Assembly (NCBI GenBank): GCA_964596875.1
Contig: CAZQVT010000001.1
Span: forward strand, 42,514-106,513
Reading direction: 5' to 3'
DNA length: 64,000 nucleotides
Source of the DNA: an uncultured Candidatus Saccharibacteria bacterium
GTDB taxonomy: Bacteria > Patescibacteriota > Minisyncoccia > Phycocordibacterales > DATDWN01
Of this stretch, positions 46,377 to 55,560 are shown piece by piece. The notes under the pieces were generated by a model that did no database searches, was not told where the DNA came from, and saw only the letters and a list, made by a program, of their open reading frames with translations. Within the stretch, counting starts at the first letter, position 1, and each line of letters begins with the position of its first letter. A program made the translations under genes and the position numbers.

Positions 46377-47342
46377 ATGAAAAAGGTATACCTTCTCCCT
46401 CTACTTTTACTTTTTGTATATGGTGTGGTTTCTGAACCACTACACTTTGATAAGTATTTTGAAAAAAGTTACCCGAGTGTTTTAAACTTTGGTGATGTTA
46501 TGTTTGACCGGGGTGTGAGAAACATAATAGAGAACCGAGGTCGCGACCCTTTTGAATACATTAAAAAAGACTTGGGACAATTTTCCGACTACGATATAAA
46601 AATAGTAAACCTCGAAGGTCCAATAGTTACTATGGACCGGGCGCTATGTCAGCAAAAAGCATACAACTTTCAGTTTGCAGACGACGCGACGGACAGACTA
46701 AAAAGTATTGGTATAAACATGGTAAACATAGCCAACAACCATAGCTACGACTGTTACGAACAAGGTTTTGAAAATACAAAAAAAGTTTTGGCGAAGGTGG
46801 GGATAGACTACATGGGCGATAGTGTTTTGGAAAAAAGTTTTGTAGTAAAAGTAGTAGATGGTAAAGAAATTGCCTTTGTTGGGATAGATGAAACTGTTGC
46901 GCGAGTTCCTGTGTCAGAGTTTTACTCTCTTGTGAAAAAATTAAAATCCGAAAATGATTTGGTGGTGGTAGATATACACTGGGGTACAGAATACATTTTG
47001 ACATCAAACCAAAACCAAAAAGACATTGCACACATACTAGTAGAAAGTGGTGCAGATGTTATTTTTGGTCACCACCCACATGTAGTAGAGGAACTGGAAG
47101 TGTACAAAGGCAAGGCAATATTTTATTCACTTGGGAACTTTGTTTTTGACCAAAACTTTGGCGACACTATGGTGGGCCTAGGTGTTGGCGCGCAGTTTAA
47201 GGAAGACAAAACTGTTTTCACTTTGTACCCGTTCAATATAAAAGTATTTGCTCCTGATTTAATGAAAGAAGAAGAAAAAGAAAGTTTTTGTAAAAAGTTT
47301 CTGGCAGGGTTTAATGCTCATGGTTGCAGTTTAACTATTTGA
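46377..47342 (+). CDS. CapA/PGA_cap-family metallophosphatase-like protein (poly-gamma-glutamate capsule synthesis family)
   Basis: signal/TM N-terminus, NFGDVMFDRG, ANNHSYD, HWGTEY, GHHPHV motifs; 321 aa. Confidence 0.65.
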   Translation: MKKVYLLPLLLLFVYGVVSEPLHFDKYFEKSYPSVLNFGDVMFDRGVRNIIENRGRDPFEYIKKDLGQFSDYDIKIVNLEGPIVTMDRALCQQKAYNFQFADDATDRLKSIGINMVNIANNHSYDCYEQGFENTKKVLAKVGIDYMGDSVLEKSFVVKVVDGKEIAFVGIDETVARVPVSEFYSLVKKLKSENDLVVVDIHWGTEYILTSNQNQKDIAHILVESGADVIFGHHPHVVEELEVYKGKAIFYSLGNFVFDQNFGDTMVGLGVGAQFKEDKTVFTLYPFNIKVFAPDLMKEEEKESFCKKFLAGFNAHGCSLTI

Positions 47343-47425
47343 TAAAATATATAAAGTGTGTTATTGTAACTCTCGCTACTTTTACGACATAAAGTCGATA
47401 CTTGCTAGCATGGAGTTCTTTCTCA

Positions 47426-48295
47426 ATGATGAAGCGTCTGCTCCTCCCCGTCTTCACCGCGATCCTCATGATGCCGTCGCTCGGCTTCGCTCAGGGCACC
47501 GTCGTCTTCTCGAACCTGCCGTCGCCCACGCCGGGCAACATCCCGTCCTTGGGCTACCAGTGCTGCTCGGTCTCCGAGTTCGGCGACCGCGTGCACCTCG
47601 AGGCCGACACGCCCCGGCGTGCCAGCAGCGCGACGGTTCTGATGTCGTCGTGGTCGCTCCACTCGAACTACCCGACGATGTCCGCGGCCGGCTACAAGCA
47701 CCCGATCACGCTCGCGGTCTACGCGAACGACGCGGCGGCCCTGGCGCATTCGCCCTTGGCAACCGTGACCCAGATGATGGACATCCCGTGGCGGCCCGAG
47801 GCCGACCCGACCTGTCCCGGCGGGACGGCATGGCGCGCAACGAACGGCCAGTGCTACAACGGCATGGCCTTCACGCTCACGTTCGACCTGCGCAGTCTGA
47901 ACCTCACGCTCCCGGACGAGTTCGTCTGGGGTGTGGCGTACAACACGCAGACCTGGGGCTACAACCCGCTCGGCGTCGCCGGCCCGTACGAGTCGCTCAA
48001 CGTCGGCACGACCGCTTCGGCGCCGTCAGTCGGCGTCGATGTGGATCCGGACGTGGCGTACGTCAACTACGCCGTGGCGGGGTTCTACTCCGACCTCGGC
48101 GCGGGTGGCACGAACACCTTCCGCGCCGATACGGCATGGACGGGATTCGCTCCCTCGGCGGAGTTCACCACGGTTGCCGTTCCGGCGACCACCGGTGAGT
48201 GCAAGAACGGAGCCTGGCAGAACCTGGTCCGGCGTGACTTCACGCCGTTCAAGAACCAGGGAGCCTGCGTCTCCTACGTCAACACCGGCAAGTAG
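47426..48295 (+). CDS. secreted hypothetical protein, very high-GC island gene (~65% GC, 289 aa)
   Basis: signal peptide MMKRLLLPVFTAILMMPSLGFAQG; extreme GC3 bias (ccg/ggc/acg/gtc); followed by CGGCGGTCCtcagGGACCGCCGCTTTTTTAT terminator. Confidence 0.5.
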   Translation: MMKRLLLPVFTAILMMPSLGFAQGTVVFSNLPSPTPGNIPSLGYQCCSVSEFGDRVHLEADTPRRASSATVLMSSWSLHSNYPTMSAAGYKHPITLAVYANDAAALAHSPLATVTQMMDIPWRPEADPTCPGGTAWRATNGQCYNGMAFTLTFDLRSLNLTLPDEFVWGVAYNTQTWGYNPLGVAGPYESLNVGTTASAPSVGVDVDPDVAYVNYAVAGFYSDLGAGGTNTFRADTAWTGFAPSAEFTTVAVPATTGECKNGAWQNLVRRDFTPFKNQGACVSYVNTGK

Positions 48296-48321
48296 CCGGC
48301 AACAACACCAGTCATCGGGAA

Positions 48322-48357
48322 GATGTCCGGCGGTCCTCAGGGACCGCCGCTTTTTTA
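48322..48357 (+). terminator. rho-independent terminator
   Basis: GTCCGGCGGTCCTCAGGGACCGCCGCTTTTTTATAAA. Confidence 0.7.
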
Positions 48358-48401
48358 TAAAATAGGAAATGAATTTGTGTTGTATTTATTATATAGAACC
48401 C

Positions 48402-48430
48402 ATAGTGTCAAAGAGTCTCTTTGACACTAT
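48402..48430. repeat. perfect 29-nt palindrome ATAGTGTCAAAGAGtcTCTTTGACACTAT (REP-like) at 3' end of transposase gene
   Basis: self-complementary; second copy of core at 49041..49063. Confidence 0.8.
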
Positions 48431-49031
48431 AGTTCAAGGTTTCATGCTTAAAATCATTAATATTTTTAAATTTATTAAGAACAAAATCAGTTGTTATGAA
48501 TGAAAGGTTTCTGTTTTTTAAATAATCATTGTAACTACTCCAAATATATTTATAAGGGTTATCAGTAATTTTATCTTTTACTGGATTCATATGAATATAT
48601 GCAGTTGTCCATAAGAGTTGCGAGTCACTTTCAATCATTGTTGCTTTAAAACAGTCCTGAAATAGATGCCCAATTTTTTTGTATTTTTGATTTATGTACT
48701 TTGAATAACTCGTACAGACTTTCGAAACCAATTTTGAAATGGGCACGTCACTTAACTGTTCTATTAATAAATGAAAATGATTTGGCATTAGACAAAATGC
48801 GTGAATCTGAAATTGATTCTTGGCACCATAAATCCTAATTCTTGAAAATGGAACCGTAGTTAGATTATTTTTATTTAATTCTTTTGAATCTATTCCGAGA
48901 GCGAGCCCAAGTCTATATAGAAATGCTCTATAATCTTGTGGGTCTAAAAATATTCTTTCTTTATTATTTCCTCTATTGTAAATATGAGCTACTATACCCT
49001 GATCAAAATTTTTATAGTCCCTTTTGTTCAT
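48408..49031 (-). mobile_element. IS200/IS605-family Y1 (HuH) transposase, REP-associated tyrosine transposase (RAYT)-like
   Basis: HuH motif LMPNHFHLLIE and catalytic-Tyr motif TAYIHMNPV (RAYT YIHxNPV); 207 aa; flanked by palindromes at both ends. Confidence 0.7.
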
Positions 49032-49040
49032 GAAATGAGT

Positions 49041-49063
49041 ATGTCAAAGAGTCTCTTTGACAT
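49041..49063. repeat. 23-nt palindrome ATGTCAAAGAGtcTCTTTGACAT (REP-like) 10 nt upstream of transposase start
   Basis: same core TGTCAAAGAGTCTCTTTGACA as 48405..48427. Confidence 0.8.
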
Positions 49064-49162
49064 CAAGTTAGATAAAAATTGGGAAATGAAATAATTAAAT
49101 GTAAAGTGTACCTTTTGGGAAATAAGAGTAGTATACCGGCTAATACTAATTAACATAAATAC

Positions 49163-51988
49163 ATGAAGAATCTTCGAATCGCGATGTTTCTTTCAGTGGT
49201 TTCTTTGTCTGCTTATTTCTATTTTTACAATACAGTTTCAGCAGCTATAGTGTTTGACCAATCACCAACAGATCTTACAGGTCAAACTTTAAGTGACGCA
49301 GTATTGAACAATGGATACTTAACTAGTTTTACATGTACCGGCAGTTTAAGTTGTGGAGTATCTGGTCAAACTATTTATAATGTTGGTGTTTGGATAAAAA
49401 AGGTTGGTAATCCAGACGATGTTCGTTTGCAAGTTGGTGGAAGTTATAACGATCGAGACTTTGGTACTACCACTTTATCTAATATTGTTCCGGCGAGTTC
49501 TATTTCTGATACAGAGTATAATTTTAAATGGTTTTATTTTCCGGAAGGTGTTGTAATAGGAAATCGTTTTGATTTAGATCAGTTCTTCTTTTTTAAGTAT
49601 GCAAATAGTATAGATATAGACAGGGTCACTGACTACTACATGGTTTTAAAAAATGATGTAAATAATTATTCAGCTCAAGCACAGTGGTGTAGAAAATATC
49701 AGGGTTGCTACTCATCAGTATTTTTCTGGAAAATGGATGATTCTAGCATTGATCTATCTACGACCACTCCTCCAATTTGCACATTAAATTGTAGTTCGAG
49801 TGTGATGTTTTTCCCAGGAGTTATGGGTAGTAAACTTTATGATGCAAATGGAGAGTTGTGGGTTTCAAGATCTGGAACAGAACAAGCAAAACTTTTACTG
49901 GATTCTGGTGGCAAAAGTGTAAATACTGTTTTTACAAAAGATGATACTCAAAATATAAGTATCAACGAATCAGAGACTGGTTTAGTTGATGAAGTTTTTG
50001 GATCAAATATTTATAACTCTTTTATTGATAGTCTTAGAGGTTGGAAACAAGATGGAACAGTCTCAGATTATGCTTTTATACCTTATGACTGGAGACTTTC
50101 GCTAGATAATATTATAACTAACGGAGCATCTACAACTGCCGGGGATTTATCATATACTAACAGCCAGAATTTTTCTGAAAGTTATATTTTGAAAAAGTTG
50201 GAAGAACTACAGAAAAATTCTGAGTCAGGAAAAGTTACACTTATTGGGCATTCTAATGGAGGTTTGGTTATAAAAGCACTGGTTCAAAAACTAAAAGATA
50301 CAAATAACCCCCTGTATAACAAGATAGATAAAATAATTTTAGTTGCTGTGCCACAGGTTGGAACTCCAGATGCAGTGGCGAGTTTGCTACATGGAACAAG
50401 TCTTGGAAAAGGTTTTGTTATGAGAAATGAAAGACTACGTGATCTGGCAAAAAACATGCCAACGATGTATAACCTGTTGCCGTCAGATGGGTATTTTTCA
50501 ATGATAGACCCAAATGTGCCAAACGATAAGATAGTTTCATTCCAAAATGATCCGGCATTTTCTGCTCAACTAAATCAATACGGAGTTTATGTGTCTAATC
50601 CACTTGAATTCAAAAACTATATTTTAGGAAGTGATGGCAGAAGTGTCCCGTCGTATTCTGATACAGATAAGCCAATTATAGGAAACTCAATTTTATACGA
50701 TAATGCGAAAACGGTGCACAGCGTTTTGGATAACTGGTCGCCAGCATCTACAACAAAAGTTATTCAAGTTGCTGGTTGGGGAAGCGAAACAATATCTGGG
50801 ATTAGTTATAAAAAATGTTACGACATGAGCATCGAGGGTTACCATAAATGTCCAAAAATAAATAACGTTGTTGATGGCGACGGTACAGTCGTTGTTCCAA
50901 GTGCACTATGGATGCCTGTTTCTAATTCAAATATTGAAAGATGGTGGGTAGATTTGGCAAGTTACGACACCATATCAAATGTTGAAAGAGAGCATAGAGA
51001 TATTTTAGAAGTTAAAAATCTAAGGGATTTTATTAAATCTGAAATTAAAAATGAAGTCTGGAATGATTCGAACGAAATAGTTGTGGGTAACACATCTACA
51101 CTTGTTCCAGACGGAGAATATTTACACTATACATTGCATTCACCACTTTCACTTGGTGTTTACGATAACCTTGGAAGATATACAGGACTAGACCAGGTAA
51201 CTGGAGATATTGTAGAAGACATACCAAATTCAAAATATGTAGTTATTGGAGATACTCAGTTTGTATCTGTTCCGGAAAGTATTTCAGGACAAGTTAGACT
51301 TCGAGGTGTTAGTGATGGTGTGTTTACTCTAGACATTGAGAAACAAACTGGTAATACAGTTGTAGATGCTGTAACTATAGGTGGAGTGCCAAGTTTGACT
51401 CAAACAGTTGCGTATCTAGATATAAACTCAAATCTTGCAAGTACAACTCTAAATATAGATAAAAACGGTGATGGAGTATTTGAAAAGCAAATAAATACAA
51501 ATGGTAAAAGTGAAGTGTTGTATGACGATGTGCCACCAGAAATTTCTGTATCATATTCAACAACTACAAAAAATATTATTTTTGGAGGCATAGATAAAAA
51601 TTTGGCTGGAGTTACTGTTTCTACTAGTACAGTTACTGCTTACGATGAGCAGGGCAATAAAACAACACTCTATTTCTCTGGTCTGAAAAATGAGAAAAGT
51701 GAATCAAAAGTGGTATTAAGGAAAATATCTAGAAATGGCAAGGAGGAGTCACTAAAAAATATTGAAATAAAGTTCGAGGTAGATATGAAAAAAAACGGAA
51801 TAATAGCCGAATTTAAATCAGAAGTTGAAGCTGGTGACAGTGAGTTATTTAGTTTGAAGTATGAACAAGAAAAGGGTGTAACTAAGATAAGGGAAAAAAC
51901 ATCAACTGGAATAGTTAGTGTTAGTAGGCCAGGACTTGTAATAGAAAAAATTATAACCATTGGAACGGGATTCAGGTTTGAATACTAG
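49163..51988 (+). CDS. large secreted/membrane-anchored protein with alpha/beta-hydrolase (lipase/esterase GHSxG) domain
   Basis: N-terminal TM anchor; LIGHSNGGLVIKALV nucleophile-elbow motif; 941 aa. Confidence 0.5.
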   Translation: MKNLRIAMFLSVVSLSAYFYFYNTVSAAIVFDQSPTDLTGQTLSDAVLNNGYLTSFTCTGSLSCGVSGQTIYNVGVWIKKVGNPDDVRLQVGGSYNDRDFGTTTLSNIVPASSISDTEYNFKWFYFPEGVVIGNRFDLDQFFFFKYANSIDIDRVTDYYMVLKNDVNNYSAQAQWCRKYQGCYSSVFFWKMDDSSIDLSTTTPPICTLNCSSSVMFFPGVMGSKLYDANGELWVSRSGTEQAKLLLDSGGKSVNTVFTKDDTQNISINESETGLVDEVFGSNIYNSFIDSLRGWKQDGTVSDYAFIPYDWRLSLDNIITNGASTTAGDLSYTNSQNFSESYILKKLEELQKNSESGKVTLIGHSNGGLVIKALVQKLKDTNNPLYNKIDKIILVAVPQVGTPDAVASLLHGTSLGKGFVMRNERLRDLAKNMPTMYNLLPSDGYFSMIDPNVPNDKIVSFQNDPAFSAQLNQYGVYVSNPLEFKNYILGSDGRSVPSYSDTDKPIIGNSILYDNAKTVHSVLDNWSPASTTKVIQVAGWGSETISGISYKKCYDMSIEGYHKCPKINNVVDGDGTVVVPSALWMPVSNSNIERWWVDLASYDTISNVEREHRDILEVKNLRDFIKSEIKNEVWNDSNEIVVGNTSTLVPDGEYLHYTLHSPLSLGVYDNLGRYTGLDQVTGDIVEDIPNSKYVVIGDTQFVSVPESISGQVRLRGVSDGVFTLDIEKQTGNTVVDAVTIGGVPSLTQTVAYLDINSNLASTTLNIDKNGDGVFEKQINTNGKSEVLYDDVPPEISVSYSTTTKNIIFGGIDKNLAGVTVSTSTVTAYDEQGNKTTLYFSGLKNEKSESKVVLRKISRNGKEESLKNIEIKFEVDMKKNGIIAEFKSEVEAGDSELFSLKYEQEKGVTKIREKTSTGIVSVSRPGLVIEKIITIGTGFRFEY

Positions 51989-52010
51989 TTTAGGGTGGTA
52001 TAATTAATAT

Positions 52011-52379
52011 ATGAAAACAAATAGATTAAAATACTCATTTATTTTTTTATTAGTCATCGCTATTTCTTATTATATAAATATTGAAACGAACACAAGACTT
52101 TTAAGAAAACTTAGCGAATTCACATTCTGGATGAGTTTTTCAGTTTTTGTCATTTCAGTTATATCTGTCTTTATAAAAGAAAACGCATATCTTGCCTGGA
52201 AAAAGTTTACAAATTATTATCTAGCATTTGCAGTCCTAGTTATACTAATAACTCCTACATCAACTCATGGTATGGATTTCTTTCCGATAGTTAAAGAAAC
52301 AGTCACTGTAGCATTGTCTATTTTGTATGCTGGAATTTCACTTCCTCTTATCGTTTACAAATCATTCAAAATGGACTAG
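52011..52379 (+). CDS. hypothetical membrane protein (3-4 TM)
   Basis: 122-aa hydrophobic ORF. Confidence 0.4.
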   Translation: MKTNRLKYSFIFLLVIAISYYINIETNTRLLRKLSEFTFWMSFSVFVISVISVFIKENAYLAWKKFTNYYLAFAVLVILITPTSTHGMDFFPIVKETVTVALSILYAGISLPLIVYKSFKMD

Positions 52380-52389
52380 GGTTAGATTG

Positions 52390-53019
52390 ATGAAGGATTT
52401 TGATGCAAAAACATATAAGGATTCGAAGGGTGGTTTTAATAATGAAGATGAGAATCTTTTGATTTTATTGTTGAGTGAAAATGAAGACAAGAAAACTATT
52501 TTGGATGTTGGTTGTGGAGATGGTTTGCTAACACAAAAGATAAAAAATAATTTCCCGGGTTCAGATATAGTCGGTATAGATAATTCTGTAGAGCAAATAG
52601 ATATGGCGAAAAGTTCTGGAGCCAGTGTTGTTTTTGAAGTTGCGGATATTTCTGAATACAGGCCAGATAAAAAATTTGACGCAGTCTACTCTTTTTATGC
52701 ATTTCCACATATGCCTAAAAGCAAAATATCAAAGGCACTTGCTAATGTAAAAAGCTTACTAAAAGAGGGTGGGAAGTTTTACCTTTTTACAAACATATGC
52801 CTTTTTGATACATCTATTGCAACACCAGAAGACCAGGAGGCGTGTGATGTTGTCTTTTTAGAAAATTGGCCATCTCAAATAAACCTTACTTCTGTGGAAG
52901 AAATGAGAGAACTGCTTAAGATAAATAGTTTAAGTATTGTTTCTGAAAAGCGTTTACAAACTGGTGCAAAAGTGAAAGATTATGGAGATATGGTTTCTTG
53001 GCTTTTTATTCTAAATTAA
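52390..53019 (+). CDS. class I SAM-dependent methyltransferase
   Basis: ILDVGCGDGLLT motif I, acidic motif II; ORF track starts 52327 inside previous gene, ATG 52390 preferred. Confidence 0.6.
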   Translation: MKDFDAKTYKDSKGGFNNEDENLLILLLSENEDKKTILDVGCGDGLLTQKIKNNFPGSDIVGIDNSVEQIDMAKSSGASVVFEVADISEYRPDKKFDAVYSFYAFPHMPKSKISKALANVKSLLKEGGKFYLFTNICLFDTSIATPEDQEACDVVFLENWPSQINLTSVEEMRELLKINSLSIVSEKRLQTGAKVKDYGDMVSWLFILN

Positions 53020-53023
53020 AGAT

Positions 53024-53470
53024 ATGAACAATTCTGAAAATAAAGTGTTTTTCTATGAAAGAGAGTTTTACCCTTTTTCAAACTTCTCATCATTTGCTTT
53101 AGAGTGGAAGGGGTATTTATATATGACTTCAGAGCATGCTTACCAAACAGAAAAGTTTTTAGATGTAGAAATAATTAAGGAGATAAGAGAAACAAAGTCC
53201 GCTCATGAAGTTTTTGTGCTTTCTAGAAAATACGAAGACAAGGTCCGACCAGACTGGATGGATATTAGAGTTTCGGTAATGGAGGAAATACTAAGAGAAA
53301 AAATAAGACAGCATGAGTATGTTAGGCAGAAACTTCTAGAAACCGGAGATAGGGAAATAATAGAGGATTCTCACAGAGATGACTTTTGGGGTTGGGGACC
53401 AAATAAAGATGGTCAAAATAATTTAGGAAAAATCTGGATGAAGTTGCGGGGAGAACTAAAGAATAAATAA
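53024..53470 (+). CDS. NADAR-domain protein (YbiA/DUF1768 family)
   Basis: FYPFSNFS...EWKGYLYMTSEHAYQTEKF...DFWGWG matches the NADAR fold signature; 148 aa. Confidence 0.65.
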   Translation: MNNSENKVFFYEREFYPFSNFSSFALEWKGYLYMTSEHAYQTEKFLDVEIIKEIRETKSAHEVFVLSRKYEDKVRPDWMDIRVSVMEEILREKIRQHEYVRQKLLETGDREIIEDSHRDDFWGWGPNKDGQNNLGKIWMKLRGELKNK

Positions 53471-53471
53471 T

Positions 53472-53837
53472 ATGAAAAAGGGAAACCTGAATACCCAGCT
53501 GGCGGGGTCAAAAAGAAATGGTTCAATTATAAACAAACTTGGTAGACTTGGTGATAGTCATAACCCAATTTTTAATACAAAAAATATTCCTCCAATAGAG
53601 GTGCGATGGATTAGGTTAAATAAGGGTGATGAAAAAACCATCCCGCATAAACATGAAGAAATACAAACACTCATTACCTTGATCCGTGGCAGGCACGATA
53701 TAACAATAAATAAAAAGACAAAAGTAATCTTACAAAAAGAAGGCGACTACGTTTTTATTGAGCCGGGTGATTTGCATTGCTGGAAAACAAAGAAAAATAC
53801 TTTACTTCTGGTCGTGAGATGGAAAGTCAAAAAATAA
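53472..53837 (+). CDS. small cupin-like beta-barrel protein
   Basis: HKHEE...GDYVFIEPGDLHCW pattern consistent with cupin motifs; 121 aa. Confidence 0.35.
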   Translation: MKKGNLNTQLAGSKRNGSIINKLGRLGDSHNPIFNTKNIPPIEVRWIRLNKGDEKTIPHKHEEIQTLITLIRGRHDITINKKTKVILQKEGDYVFIEPGDLHCWKTKKNTLLLVVRWKVKK

Positions 53838-53838
53838 A

Positions 53839-54453
53839 ATGAAAATTGAAAAGAGAAGTATTGCGGAAAATATCTACTTGCTGAGGTTTGAAAATCAGAC
53901 GGAACTTGCCTCTACTTTTTTGCGGTTTCAGGAACACTACGAGTCGCCAGAGTTTCGGGGAAAGTTTTTTACATTAGACGAATACAAAAAATGGTACACA
54001 CAAGCTAGGGGAGACTTTACCTACTATAGCGACTGGTCTGGTTTCAATATTCCTTCACATATCCTAAAGCCTTTTCTGGAAGGAAAGTTTGACCCACTTA
54101 CGGACAAGGAGAAAATTTTCCTAGAATATTTTACCGACGTGCCTCACCCTTTTTATATTATTGGACTTTCGGGGGATACGGATACTGAAAAAACAAAACT
54201 AACTCTAGATCATGAAACAGCGCATGGGATGTACTACACCAAACCAGAATACAGAAAAAAAGTAGATGAGGTTTTGAAAAAATATGACCTTTCAAAAATA
54301 AAAGAATGGCTACGTTCAATGAGCGGTTACCATGAGTCTGTTTTGGACGACGAGTCGCATGCCTATACCCTTTTTGGTTTTGAAAAGATAATAGAAAAAA
54401 TCCCCGAAGGTATGAAGGAGGAACTAGACGCCATTTTCCAGGAGTTTAAATAG
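53839..54453 (+). CDS. hypothetical protein with HExxH (DHETAHGMYY) putative metallopeptidase motif
   Basis: 204 aa; 1-nt spacing from upstream gene (operon). Confidence 0.3.
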   Translation: MKIEKRSIAENIYLLRFENQTELASTFLRFQEHYESPEFRGKFFTLDEYKKWYTQARGDFTYYSDWSGFNIPSHILKPFLEGKFDPLTDKEKIFLEYFTDVPHPFYIIGLSGDTDTEKTKLTLDHETAHGMYYTKPEYRKKVDEVLKKYDLSKIKEWLRSMSGYHESVLDDESHAYTLFGFEKIIEKIPEGMKEELDAIFQEFK

Positions 54454-54502
54454 GTTTGATTTTGGGGAAGTTTTGTGGGTAAATACTGTGTGGGGAGGTG
54501 GC

Positions 54503-54721
54503 ATGGGGCTCATCGCTAATCTCGTTTCGTGGTCTGAGGCTGTGTCGTGGGTGTGGCAGGTGTTGCCCGGATGGGCACAGAAGTACCTGATCTTCCACAT
54601 CTGCTGTGTGGCGGCGTGTACCATCTGGGTCTGTAACAGCTACCGAACGACTCGCAGGTTGCCTCAGAACTACAAAGTTCTGGGTGACCCGTACAAGGTG
54701 CAGCTTCCGAACGTGAAGTAG
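54503..54721 (+). CDS. small hydrophobic protein, high-GC island gene (72 aa)
   Basis: GGGGAGGtggcATG RBS; ORF track start 54473 lacks RBS; GC-rich versus flanks. Confidence 0.4.
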   Translation: MGLIANLVSWSEAVSWVWQVLPGWAQKYLIFHICCVAACTIWVCNSYRTTRRLPQNYKVLGDPYKVQLPNVK

Positions 54722-55005
54722 TCTCGGCCTCGACTGTTGTTGTGCAAAAGGTGTGTGTCGTTACGGCACCGCCTTTTTGTTATACAAAAATAAAAAGTGA
54801 TATAATCTAGATATGACAAACAGAACAACAAAAAATAGTTTTACTACATTAAACACAGGTAGCAAAAAAAGTGGAAAGAGTATGAGTATAAAACCGAAAA
54901 TGAAAGGTAAGGCACCACGACCAAGCAGAACTAACGGATAAAATAAAAACTTGTGATATAATATTTTGTATAAATTATTAAAATTATTATTTAACTAAAT
55001 AAAAT

Positions 55006-55335
55006 ATGGTAGAAAAAAATATGTGTGAAGTTTGCGGTTCTGGAGATGGACGATGCGGTAGTTGTGGGAACATGTGTGGTTACCGAGGAAACCATATGTT
55101 GCGATGGTTACTAGGTATTATTATCATCACTTGGATCTTCTGTATTGGAATGAAGTTCGGTGAGTTCAAGGCGCAGGTATACGGTGGTGGATATGGAAAC
55201 CATATGTATTTCAAGGCTTCTGGAATGCCTATGATGGGCACAACAGGATGGGGAAATGTAGACTATACTGTTTCTACTCAAGCAGTGCCATCTATGATGA
55301 CAACTGGTGCTGTAAAGGTAATAAAAGCACAATAG
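55006..55335 (+). CDS. Cys-rich N-terminus + single TM small protein, hypothetical
   Basis: MCEVCGSGDGRCGSCGNMCGY (7 Cys in 21 aa) then TM helix; TGaTATAAT promoter at 54952-54960. Confidence 0.4.
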   Translation: MVEKNMCEVCGSGDGRCGSCGNMCGYRGNHMLRWLLGIIIITWIFCIGMKFGEFKAQVYGGGYGNHMYFKASGMPMMGTTGWGNVDYTVSTQAVPSMMTTGAVKVIKAQ

Positions 55336-55560
55336 AACAAGTAAAATTGACCAAACGAGCATAATTGGCTTAGGTGCTAGGCGTCAGAAATTTTATGAGC
55401 GAGGCGTACAAATAGTACGGTGAGTGAATAAAATTGAATGACAACAACGCAGATGAGTCAATTATGCTCGTTTGTAATGAAAGGTCCGTACTGGCGTCTC
55501 AAAAGTCAGTACGGATTTTTCTGTACTAATCGGGGTTCAATTAAAAATAATCAAAAAATA

